A stretch of DNA of 64,000 nucleotides from Leptospiraceae bacterium (lineage in GTDB: Bacteria > Spirochaetota > Leptospiria > Leptospirales > Leptonemataceae): positions 96,001 through 160,000 of the forward strand of contig JAVJNR010000006.1 in assembly GCA_040217195.1 (NCBI GenBank). The letters run 5' to 3'. This document shows, one piece after another, positions 1-8,477 of the stretch. The first letter of the stretch is position 1; each line of letters begins with the position of its first letter. Below the pieces are notes generated by a model that did no database searches, was not told the DNA's origin, and was given only the letters and a program-made list of their open reading frames with translations. The translations under genes and the position numbers were made by a program.

Positions 1-2
1 TG

Positions 3-329
3 GCATTCCATATTTACACACCTGGAGGAGGAATCGCTGGTGTGCACCACGGACATTCGCACTTAATTGCTAAAGTGGGTCAAACTTATAGAAATGTTTT
101 TACTTATGCGAAGAACGATTCGTACTGTCCTTACTCCGATGGTCACGATCTCGTGTCTGACCAATCATGTGCGGGCATGGAAGCTTCTATAGAAGTTTTG
201 AGCTGTAACCGGCAACTGTGCCCAATCGAACTTACCGTCGACGGTAGTATGGCTCCAAACCTGGGAAAGGAAGAGTTCGCTCCAGGTGTTTATAGATTTG
301 ATGGGAAGGAATATGTTAGGCAGCCTTGA
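3..329 (+). CDS. 3' end of a hypothetical protein (5'-truncated by window edge)
   Basis: Frame is open from base 3 (AFHIYTPGGGIAGVHHGHSHLI...) to TGA at 327-329; no recognisable family. Confidence 0.55.
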   Translation, partial: AFHIYTPGGGIAGVHHGHSHLIAKVGQTYRNVFTYAKNDSYCPYSDGHDLVSDQSCAGMEASIEVLSCNRQLCPIELTVDGSMAPNLGKEEFAPGVYRFDGKEYVRQP

Positions 330-621
330 CACAAGCATTATTGATAGGGCAGGGCAACCGTCCAGGGCTTTGCTCACATTGGCCGACGTTGTTTCTACTA
401 CCGCCGTTCCGTTCGCAGGACGTTGTTCTTTGTTTGGCTTCAAGACTCAGTCGATGGGCTCTCCAGTGCCACCGCTACGGCTCGCGGTGGTGCAGACAAT
501 TCGAATGGTCCACCGGATGGCTTGTTTGCATTCGAACTACATTGGGAATCCAGATCGGAAAGGCCCGCTGTCAGAGTCCCAATGGTCGGAGAAATACTGA
601 ATGCGAATAGGTATTTGAGCT

Positions 622-1359
622 CTACCGCAACCCGTAGTACAGATTCACGATGATGCCTTTTACCATCTTCTCCATTTCTTCGCCGGTTTCCTGTGCCTGC
701 CCGTGCTCCGCTGCAACCTGGCGCCTGCTGTTTGCTTTTTTGGCCCTTCTGTTTTTTCCGTCGGCACCGTCTTTCTGTGCGGCACTTTTCCTTTGTTTTG
801 CATTCATGGCAGGCGCAGGAAACTGACCATCCAGAAGCAACATGGAAAGTCCGTGCACAATGGACCAGGCGGCCAGGGTTTTTTGTTTCGCATCGCCCTC
901 AGCTATTAGACCGGCTCTCTGACAGAGCCTTACGCTCATTAACAGTTCCCGGTACGATTTTCGGGAGGCGGAGGCCAACGCCGGATAATCTTTAAAACTT
1001 AGCCCGGCGCCACCATACATGATCCTGGAGTACTCAGGGTTTTCCAGGGCAAACTTTACGTAGGTCCAGCCAAGGTTAAGGAACCGTAGGTTAGGATCTG
1101 TGCCCGAGATAGCGATGGCTTCGGATTGGTACGCATGCAGTCGATGGAATCCATCTCTGGCAATGGCGGCCAGAAGTGCATTCTTATCGTCGTAGTGGCG
1201 GTAGGCGGCCGTATGGCTCACACCGGCAGCACGGGCCACCTTTCGCAGACTCAGATCATGCAGTCCTTCTTTGCGCAAAAGGCGGGTGCCTTCTTCCACT
1301 AGAAGCTTGTCCAGATTGCCTACGTGGTATTCCCTTTGAGCGGGGGAGGATCGGGACAT
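622..1359 (-). CDS. TetR/AcrR family transcriptional regulator
   Basis: N-terminal HTH LSLRKVARAAGVSHTAAYRHY and C-terminal AWSIVHG (WHG-type) motif; start taken at MSRSS (1359) because the longer ORF start overlaps the operator. Confidence 0.9.
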   Translation of the reverse strand: MSRSSPAQREYHVGNLDKLLVEEGTRLLRKEGLHDLSLRKVARAAGVSHTAAYRHYDDKNALLAAIARDGFHRLHAYQSEAIAISGTDPNLRFLNLGWTYVKFALENPEYSRIMYGGAGLSFKDYPALASASRKSYRELLMSVRLCQRAGLIAEGDAKQKTLAAWSIVHGLSMLLLDGQFPAPAMNAKQRKSAAQKDGADGKNRRAKKANSRRQVAAEHGQAQETGEEMEKMVKGIIVNLYYGLR

Positions 1360-1397
1360 GGCCCATTCTAGCGGCCGCTTCACAGGATGCAATAAAA

Positions 1398-1459
1398 ATG
1401 TCACCAGTGGAAACTTTTGATTGACGGAATCTGGGCGCAGATGTTACCAATGGTGACAT
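1398..1459. promoter_or_regulatory. Two related TetR-type operators plus a candidate sigma70 promoter
   Basis: ATGTCACCA-g-TGGAAACTT (1398-1416) and ATGTTACCA-a-TGGTGACAT (1441-1459); TTGACG at 1421-1426; lies between the divergent TetR and oxidoreductase genes. Confidence 0.7.
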
Positions 1460-3074
1460 GAAGGGATCTGAAGAGAAAAACTACGACATAATCATCATTG
1501 GCTCCGGAATGGGGGCTCTGGCCACCGGAAGTATCATGGCTCAGTTTCGTAATAAGCGAGTTCTGATGCTGGAAAGGCACTATGTAATGGGCGGATTTAC
1601 CCATGAATTCGGCCGCAAAAGAAAATACTCCTGGGATGTAGGGATTCATTACGTGGGCGATATGTATGAAGGAGCCATGCTTCGTCGATTGTTCGACATA
1701 GTTACTAAATCAGGCGTGAAGTGGAACCCGATGCCGGATGTATTCGAAAAGTTCGTCTATCCTGATTTTACCTTCGAAGTGCCCATCTCGGAAGAAGATT
1801 ACCGCACCAAGATTATAGATATGTTTCCAGAAGAGAAAGAAGCCATTGAGGCCTATTTTGACGATGTGCACAAGGTGAATCAATGGTTCGGCCGTCATAA
1901 TATGAAATCTTCAGAACCCTACGTAGACAAGGTGCGAGCCGGTATTCAGATTCAGGGGTTCGATACTGCGGACATTACTACCGGGCAGTATATGGAAAAG
2001 AACTTCAAAAGCGAAAAGCTTCGAGCATTGCTTTGTTCTCAATGGGGCGACTACGGAATACCACCGGCCCAGAGCTCCTTTGTGATTCATTGCAGCGTGG
2101 CCTGTCACTATTTCAAGGGAGGCTACTTTCCTGTGGGTGGTTCGGGAACCATTGCAGAGAGTGTTAAGCCTATAATAGAAGAAAATGGAGGATGTGTACT
2201 TCTTTCGCATGAAGTGGAGGAAATCCTGGTCGAGGATGGCAAAGCTTGTGGTGTAAGAGTTAAGAATCTGGTTCCGCGAAAAGAAGATGATCCGGTTACA
2301 GAATACTATGCTCCTGTAGTAATCTCAAACGCCGGAGCTTACACTACCTACAACAAATTACTGGACGCTTCTATTCCGGTTCCGTTTCGTAAGCAGCTAA
2401 ACGACTTCTATCAGAATCACCCGGTGGTGGCCAATGTAACCCTGTATCTGGGACTAAAAGAGGATCCTCGTAAGATGGGCTTCTATGGAGAAAATCACTG
2501 GATCTATTCTAGCTACGATCACGATGCAAATTTCGCAGCCGGACAGAACTGGGTAGGGGATCAGAAGGAAATCCTGGGAGCCTATCTTTCCTTTCCTTCG
2601 CTAAAGAATCCAGAAGCTAAGAGTCATACTGCGGAGATTATTGGACTTACCGATTTTTCTTCCTTTCAATCCTGGGATGACACCTCCTGGAAAAAAAGAG
2701 GTGATGACTATGAAGCTTTGAAAGAGGAGATTACCAGCAAACTTCTGGCCTTCATTGATAGTCACTATCCGGGATTTTCTGCCACCATCGATTATCAGGA
2801 GCTGTCCACTCCACTTTCCGTAAAGCATTTCACAGGACATCCCCAGGGCTCTATATATGGCGTGCCAGCCGTCCGTGAGCGATTCTTGTCCAGTGAAGCT
2901 CCCTGGTGCCAGGCGCACACTCCTGTGGAGGGGCTTTACTTAACTGGTGCGGATGTTAGCTCCCCCGGAATTGCCGGAGCCTTGATGGGTGCCATGGCCA
3001 CTGTAGGCGTGCTTCCAGAGGGTCTGAGTTTCATTCGACTATTGAAAGCAGCGAACGATGCGGTGCCTGCATAA
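1458..3074 (+). CDS. FAD-dependent oxidoreductase, phytoene desaturase / retinol saturase-like
   Basis: Rossmann IIIGSGMGAL, GGFTHEF...WDVGIHY, GGYFPVGGSG, STPLS...GSIYG, GLYLTGAD. Confidence 0.85.
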   Translation: MKGSEEKNYDIIIIGSGMGALATGSIMAQFRNKRVLMLERHYVMGGFTHEFGRKRKYSWDVGIHYVGDMYEGAMLRRLFDIVTKSGVKWNPMPDVFEKFVYPDFTFEVPISEEDYRTKIIDMFPEEKEAIEAYFDDVHKVNQWFGRHNMKSSEPYVDKVRAGIQIQGFDTADITTGQYMEKNFKSEKLRALLCSQWGDYGIPPAQSSFVIHCSVACHYFKGGYFPVGGSGTIAESVKPIIEENGGCVLLSHEVEEILVEDGKACGVRVKNLVPRKEDDPVTEYYAPVVISNAGAYTTYNKLLDASIPVPFRKQLNDFYQNHPVVANVTLYLGLKEDPRKMGFYGENHWIYSSYDHDANFAAGQNWVGDQKEILGAYLSFPSLKNPEAKSHTAEIIGLTDFSSFQSWDDTSWKKRGDDYEALKEEITSKLLAFIDSHYPGFSATIDYQELSTPLSVKHFTGHPQGSIYGVPAVRERFLSSEAPWCQAHTPVEGLYLTGADVSSPGIAGALMGAMATVGVLPEGLSFIRLLKAANDAVPA

Positions 3075-3125
3075 AAAATCAATTCGTATACTTGCCATGT
3101 ACAAAGCGGAAGAGCCAATAGTTCT

Positions 3126-4136
3126 ATGAGTTCTACAAATACACAGATTAAGTTAGCAGCCCGGCCCACTGGAATGCCAGGTCCGGATTGCTGGAAATTG
3201 GATACGGCGGATCGACCTTCTGCTGGGGAAGGAGAGGTTTTGCTCCAAATTCTTCAGATTTCTCTGGATCCGGCCATGCGTGGATGGATGAATGAGGCCA
3301 GATCCTACGTCCCTCCAGTTCGAATTAACCAGGTCATGCGCGCACTGACTCTCAGTCGAGTGGTGGAGTCCAATGCTCCAGAATTCAAGGTAGGTGATCT
3401 GGTGACTGGTTCCCAGGGAGTACAGGAATTCGCAGTGGCCAAGCCCGCGGATTTGACAAAGGTGGATTCCAGCATTGCTGATCCGTCCCGGTATCTAAGC
3501 GTTCTGGGTATGACCGGAATGACAGCTTATTTTGGTCTGTTCGACGTTGGTCAGCCGAAGCCGGACGATGTAGTGGTTGTTTCCGGAGCAGCAGGCGCTG
3601 TGGGGCAGATTGTAGGTCAGCTGGCTAAGATCCATGGATGCAAAACCATTGGGATTGCTGGCGGCGAAGAAAAATGCAAATTCCTTACGGATGAAATCGG
3701 ATTCGACCATTCCATCGATTACAAATCCCAGAATGTGGCCAAAGAAATTCGCCGTTATGCGAAAAAGGGCCTGGATGTCTATTTCGATAACGTTGGCGGC
3801 GAAATTCTGGAAGCAGCTCTATTCAATCTGAATCGCGGCGCTCGAATTGTCATTTGTGGTGCCATCTCCCAGTATAATACTACGGATGTGCAAGGACCTC
3901 GAAACTACCTTTCACTGCTAGTGAACCGAGCGCGAATGGAAGGTATGGTTGTATTTGATTATGCCGATCGTTACGGCGAAGCCGTACAGAAGATGGCCGG
4001 CTGGTTAAAAGAAGGCAAATTGAAGTCCAGAGAAGATATAGTAAAAGGTAAGGTTGCGGATTTTCCGGATACATTTCTAAAACTATTCTCAGGCGCGAAC
4101 CTGGGAAAGCTGATTCTAGAAATCGAAAGTCTTTAG
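3126..4136 (+). CDS. NADP-dependent oxidoreductase (prostaglandin reductase / CurA-YncB family, MDR)
   Basis: SLDPAMRGWM, LGMTGMTAYFGL, VSGAAGAVG, DVYFDNVGG, CGAISQYN. Confidence 0.92.
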   Translation: MSSTNTQIKLAARPTGMPGPDCWKLDTADRPSAGEGEVLLQILQISLDPAMRGWMNEARSYVPPVRINQVMRALTLSRVVESNAPEFKVGDLVTGSQGVQEFAVAKPADLTKVDSSIADPSRYLSVLGMTGMTAYFGLFDVGQPKPDDVVVVSGAAGAVGQIVGQLAKIHGCKTIGIAGGEEKCKFLTDEIGFDHSIDYKSQNVAKEIRRYAKKGLDVYFDNVGGEILEAALFNLNRGARIVICGAISQYNTTDVQGPRNYLSLLVNRARMEGMVVFDYADRYGEAVQKMAGWLKEGKLKSREDIVKGKVADFPDTFLKLFSGANLGKLILEIESL

Positions 4137-4387
4137 CCCAGGATCATCTGCGGAAGCAGGTTCTGCACATCATGGCCGATCGCCTGAAGCGAAGGCCATG
4201 GTGTGTCTCTGTCTGACGGAGATTTAACCTTCTCTTATTCTTACCTAATTCCACGGCCTGTTCATGGCCTGGAAGTCCTGCCCTGAAGCCGCGGAACTCT
4301 ATTTGTCCTCCAACATCGCTTTTTCCATGAGCGTATTTTAACCACAGTGAAGGTAGCCATTGATCCGAAGGAAACTCAATTCTTGGC

Positions 4388-4440
4388 TTGACATCTCCTG
4401 GGGTTTTCCCTATCATTAGAAAAAATCCTAATGATAGGGA
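4388..4440 (+). promoter_or_regulatory. sigma70 promoter overlapped by a 13-bp perfect inverted repeat (operator)
   Basis: TTGACA (4388-4393), 17 bp, TATCAT (4411-4416); TCCCTATCATTAG (4407-4419) / CTAATGATAGGGA (4428-4440). Confidence 0.8.
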
Positions 4441-4478
4441 GGGGCCCGGAAATCCTGTTTCTCTCTGAGAGGAGTCGT

Positions 4479-5693
4479 ATGAAACGCCTATCGCGGTTGA
4501 TTGCCCGATTTTGCTCGCGGATCGTAGCTTGGTGGAACGCCTTATGGTTTGCCGTGCCCCATGTCCAGCGTTGGAATCCTGCGGTAGGCAGGAAAGAGGA
4601 CCTTCAAAAACTGCTCGATGAAGTGCGGCAGGAAACTGGAATGCCCGGGGTTACAGTAGCTCTCGTGCACGGCGATTTAATAGTTTCGGCCGCCTCAGGC
4701 GAACTGGTGCTGGGGGAAGGCTCCGAGTTGCGCACGGATCATAGATTACATATTGGATCTGTCACCAAGGGGTTCACTGCATTGTTAATTGCGCATATGC
4801 TAGATCGTGGTGAGCTATCTCTGGAATCGACCATGGGTGAATTGTTACCCGAAATGGATTTGCATCCGAATTTCCGGCTGGTAACAATTCATCAGCTGCT
4901 AGTAAATCAGGCTGGATTGATTGGATATCATAATTCAGAAGCGGAAACGGTGGAGGATCTTGCATTTCTCGAAAAGGAGTTGCCCAAAATGAATCTGTCC
5001 CCCGGCGAGGAAAGGGAGTCCATTGCCCGCTACTTCTTAAATCGAGCCCCGTTTTATGAGCCTGGCAGACGCGCGCTGTATTCCAATGTGGGCTGGTCCC
5101 TGCTGGGTTTCATCGCAGAAAGGATGTCGGGCGAAAGCTTTGAATCCCTGTTACGCAAGCGGATCCTTCAGCCCCTGGAAATGGCTGATGTGGGAATAGG
5201 TGGATGGCCGGCTTCAACCTCAGATCCCGAACAGCCCCGGGGGCACTATACGGAAGGGAATGGGTACCGCCCACAACCGCTGGATGATCCTTATCGACTA
5301 CAGGCATGGTTGAATCCTGCTGGTGGTTTGCATATGACCGTGCAAGACCTTGCTCTCTATGCCCGGGATACGCTACGGGGACTCAGGGGCGAAAAAGCAC
5401 TATTGGCGAAAAGGAACTACAATCTAATTCACTCGGTACAGCTCGCAGTGCCGGTACGAGAGCTGTATCCTGGGATGAGTAGCTCGGCAACTTTAAGAAT
5501 GGGCTACGGATGGGCTCTTCTTGAGACCAATCGCGGTACCATAAGCGCGGGGGAAGGAAGTGCCGGAACGTTTTTTGCCAGCACCATGGTCTTTCCCTAT
5601 TTGAATGTTGCGGTGGTTTCTATAACGAACTGCGGCGATCGTAAGGCTTCAGTTCAACTGATCAAGAAGCTGACTGGTATCCGCTGGGGATAA
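4479..5693 (+). CDS. Serine hydrolase, beta-lactamase class C / PBP-like family
   Basis: SxxK (GSVTK), YxN (YSN), NPAGGL; start at MKRLS follows a GAGGAG RBS. Confidence 0.88.
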   Translation: MKRLSRLIARFCSRIVAWWNALWFAVPHVQRWNPAVGRKEDLQKLLDEVRQETGMPGVTVALVHGDLIVSAASGELVLGEGSELRTDHRLHIGSVTKGFTALLIAHMLDRGELSLESTMGELLPEMDLHPNFRLVTIHQLLVNQAGLIGYHNSEAETVEDLAFLEKELPKMNLSPGEERESIARYFLNRAPFYEPGRRALYSNVGWSLLGFIAERMSGESFESLLRKRILQPLEMADVGIGGWPASTSDPEQPRGHYTEGNGYRPQPLDDPYRLQAWLNPAGGLHMTVQDLALYARDTLRGLRGEKALLAKRNYNLIHSVQLAVPVRELYPGMSSSATLRMGYGWALLETNRGTISAGEGSAGTFFASTMVFPYLNVAVVSITNCGDRKASVQLIKKLTGIRWG

Positions 5694-5695
5694 GC

Positions 5696-6241
5696 ATGCA
5701 ACAGAAGCGACTACATCGTATTACGGCAGAACTAGAAGCTGCAGCATACTTGCATGAACGGAGGGTGGCTATACTCAGGCTGTTGACTGAGCCAGCCACC
5801 CTGTCGCAGGTGGCTGCCGAATTAGGAGTGCATCCGGCCAACCTTTCGCATCACTTTGAGCGTCTCAAGAAAGGAGGATTGATTCAACTTGTGGAGGAGC
5901 GGGACACCGGAAGAGTCATTGAGAAGTATTATCAATCTATTGCACGTAGATTCGAAGTTCATCCCGGGGGAATTTCGCGAGGGGCCAGAAGGGCGCTTTC
6001 TACTCTCCATGGGGCTCTGGGAATCGCTATGGATTCAATAAAGAAGAATGAGCAGGAGGTAATATGTTTCCTTAGACAGAACCGCCTGACGGATAGCCAG
6101 CGAAAAGAGTTCTTTCAGAGACTCAAGGGTTTGGTCGAGGAGTTTGAAGAAAGATCTGAACCGTCTTCTTCGCAAGAGGGGGAAAAGCAAAACGAAGGGC
6201 GACTCTTTGAAATCAATGCCAGTATATATCCAGCGGATTAG
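5696..6241 (+). CDS. ArsR-type winged helix-turn-helix regulator
   Basis: RVAILRLL...PATLSQVAAELGVHPANLSHHFERLKKGGLI...EKYY; starts 2 nt after the hydrolase stop. Confidence 0.85.
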   Translation: MQQKRLHRITAELEAAAYLHERRVAILRLLTEPATLSQVAAELGVHPANLSHHFERLKKGGLIQLVEERDTGRVIEKYYQSIARRFEVHPGGISRGARRALSTLHGALGIAMDSIKKNEQEVICFLRQNRLTDSQRKEFFQRLKGLVEEFEERSEPSSSQEGEKQNEGRLFEINASIYPAD

Positions 6242-6338
6242 TCTATCGCTACCTGGCTGGTACAATCTTATTGGAGAACGAAAGGACTGCGCGGCGTCGT
6301 CGATTTTCGGCGGTCAGAGCTTTTTTAGCAAAAATCTG

Positions 6339-6935
6339 CTATTGAATCGAGCTGCGAAATAGTTGTTCTGCATCGTCGAAATACTCCAACTTTCCAGTAA
6401 TCTTCCACATCGTGATTGCCCCTTGATGGGCCAGTAGCATCCGTCTGGCCAGAGAAGCCGCTGTATGCTTTCTTTCCAGCCTTCCAACGCTCATTTCTTT
6501 GCGAAGATAGGCAATAAGTTGCGTTTGCCATTTCTGTCCAATCGATTGAATAAAATTCTGCATGGACTCCTCTTCGGCAGGAGTTTGGAGTGCAAAATTA
6601 GCAACCGGGCATCCATTGTATTCATCCGGTTTTTTGGCCAGGTCCCTGGTGAAATGCATCCATCTGGAAAAGAAGTCAGATACAGAATCCGCCTGATCTC
6701 CGGCCTGGAAGATTTCGCTTAGAATCAGATCATTTCTTCTCTGTAAATACTCTCTGGCCAGACCTTCCTTTCCCTGGAAATAATTATAGAGCCCCGGTTT
6801 GTTGGTCCCTGCGTTTTGAACGATTTGCTGAATACCTGTATTTACATAGCCCTGGCGGTAGAAAAGGGCATCCGCCTCTTTTAGAATTCTCTGATCTAGC
6901 CCGGTTTTTTTTCGCCCCACGTCATTATCCCTCAA
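6339..6935 (-). CDS. TetR/AcrR family regulator (NemR/LmrA-like)
   Basis: LFYRQGYVNTGIQQIVQNAGTNKPGLYNYF HTH and C-terminal NGCPVAN motif; start (TTG/GTG) uncertain. Confidence 0.88.
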   Translation of the reverse strand: MRDNDVGRKKTGLDQRILKEADALFYRQGYVNTGIQQIVQNAGTNKPGLYNYFQGKEGLAREYLQRRNDLILSEIFQAGDQADSVSDFFSRWMHFTRDLAKKPDEYNGCPVANFALQTPAEEESMQNFIQSIGQKWQTQLIAYLRKEMSVGRLERKHTAASLARRMLLAHQGAITMWKITGKLEYFDDAEQLFRSSIQ

Positions 6936-6955
6936 AAAATCGTTTGACCAATATG

Positions 6956-7007
6956 GTACCGATCGGTTCTGTTATGTAGATAGCTTACCACTCGGTACTA
7001 TTATAAT
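6956..7007. promoter_or_regulatory. Paired TetR operators and -10 box
   Basis: GTACCGATCGGTTC (6956-6969) and TTACCACTCGGTAC (6985-6998) are imperfect palindromes; TATAAT at 7002-7007. Confidence 0.65.
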
Positions 7008-7060
7008 GGCTGAGTGGTAGGAGCCAAGTTTTTTCTATAGATAATTTGAAGGAGTGGAAT

Positions 7061-7558
7061 ATGTCGCAGCAAGAACTACAGAAGTATCCAGAGTCTATGG
7101 TAAGGATTCGATTCCCGGATTGTGATCCATTCGGACATCTCAACAATGGCCGATACCTGGATTATTTCATTACAGCCCGAGAGGAGCATGTCCAGGAGCA
7201 TTACGGCCTGAATCTATTCGGAGACCGTTTCCAGAATCAAAACTGGGTTGTTCGACAGAGCATGGTTTCTCATCTTATGCCGGCCAAAATGAATGAGCGG
7301 GTTTGTGTTCAGACTCGGCTCATAGACTTTTCCAGAAGCTCCCTGCTCGTCGAAGGCATCATGAGAGATGAGACCAGAGAAAGGGTGCTGGCCGTCTCCT
7401 GGGTGGATTTGCGTTACATTGATCTAGTGGGAGCCCGTCCGCTACGCCATGAAAATGATTTAATGGAGATATTCGAATCGGTGCATGTTCCAGCAGACTT
7501 TCATTTTGGCCAGGAAAAGAACCGAATCCGAGATATTCGCAGAGCTCAGGCAGCCTGA
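7061..7558 (+). CDS. Acyl-CoA thioesterase (hotdog fold, 4HBT family)
   Basis: IRFPDCDPFGHLNNGRYLDYFITAR motif; ATG at 7061 follows an AAGGAG RBS. Confidence 0.9.
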   Translation: MSQQELQKYPESMVRIRFPDCDPFGHLNNGRYLDYFITAREEHVQEHYGLNLFGDRFQNQNWVVRQSMVSHLMPAKMNERVCVQTRLIDFSRSSLLVEGIMRDETRERVLAVSWVDLRYIDLVGARPLRHENDLMEIFESVHVPADFHFGQEKNRIRDIRRAQAA

Positions 7559-7604
7559 TGGCTTGATGATACATCCGAGGGCTCTGCTGCCGGGCCAGCT
7601 CTGT

Positions 7605-8477
7605 TTACTCATTGGAAGTAGACGTATCCAGAGTTGGTCCGGAATCATCCTTGAGAAAAACCCCGGAAAGAGCACGATTCATGGATTGGGTTGCCAGATA
7701 GATAAACCGCCTCACCGCATCCTGGATCTGTAACCCTTCTGGCCTTATGTTGGAGATACAATTCCTGCGTTCATCGGTTGTGCCCGACCGCGGTGCATAA
7801 GTCATATAAAGACCCATACTGTCCGGTGAGCTCAGGCCAGGCCGTTCTCCGATTAGTACGGCTACCAGCGCAGAATTGAGGATTTCTCCGACGGGGTCGC
7901 CAATGGCCACGCGTCCCTGTTCTACAATGCAAACTGGTCCAATGCGAAGGTCTTTCTTTTCATTCTGCAATAGGTTCTGGAAGGCTGCAATAAATGAAAC
8001 GGAATGATTCTGCACGGCTCTGGCCGATAGTCCGTCTGCAATAACAAATACTATGTCGAATCGAAAACCGCTGTCGTTGGGCGCCTTTTCCAGTTCCAGA
8101 TGATCTTTGAGACTCTGCTTACTTGCATCATTTAGCTTTCGACCCAGATCCGGCCGCTTCAGGTACAGGGAGCGGTGGCCGGCCTCACTGGAAAGCTTCA
8201 AGCAGTGCAGCCCTATCTTTTGCAGATCTTCTTGCAGACCTGTAGCATCCATGGAGCTGTGAATTGCATCTCTGGCTCTGGAATGATCCAGCTGAAAAGA
8301 AAGCATGGCACTGGTAGGTTGCGATGCACCGCTTCGTCCCAGCGCGATACGGGCAGCAGTGAGGGATTTCAATGCAGTCCAGGTTTCGCCGGATTTTTCT
8401 ACGAACTCATTTCTGGAAGCGGATCTTAATTGATCCCCGGGCGAATCGTTCCCAAGTATTTCCTTACCTGAACTCAT
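7605..8477 (-). CDS. eutC: Ethanolamine ammonia-lyase light chain
   Basis: TAARIALGRSG, YLKRPDLGRKL, IADGLSA, LIGERPGLSSPDSMG, RNCISNIRPEG; ATGA overlap with the eutB stop. Confidence 0.95.
   Translation of the reverse strand: MSSGKEILGNDSPGDQLRSASRNEFVEKSGETWTALKSLTAARIALGRSGASQPTSAMLSFQLDHSRARDAIHSSMDATGLQEDLQKIGLHCLKLSSEAGHRSLYLKRPDLGRKLNDASKQSLKDHLELEKAPNDSGFRFDIVFVIADGLSARAVQNHSVSFIAAFQNLLQNEKKDLRIGPVCIVEQGRVAIGDPVGEILNSALVAVLIGERPGLSSPDSMGLYMTYAPRSGTTDERRNCISNIRPEGLQIQDAVRRFIYLATQSMNRALSGVFLKDDSGPTLDTSTSNE

Noticed and set aside
1458..3074. crtI carotenoid biosynthesis gene
   Set aside because: No crtB/crtE neighbours; motifs fit the retinol-saturase-like subgroup.
4144..4416. 90-aa minus-strand ORF in the intergenic gap
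   Set aside because: No motif, and it overlaps the strong plus-strand promoter and operator.
4407..4440. Engineered or Tn10 tetO site
   Set aside because: Half-sites match but the spacing is 16 bp rather than 1 bp, and no tetA/tetR or vector sequence is present.
4479..5693. Bona fide AmpC beta-lactamase resistance gene
   Set aside because: Has SxxK and YxN but no KTG triad (AGEGS instead); a generic serine hydrolase.
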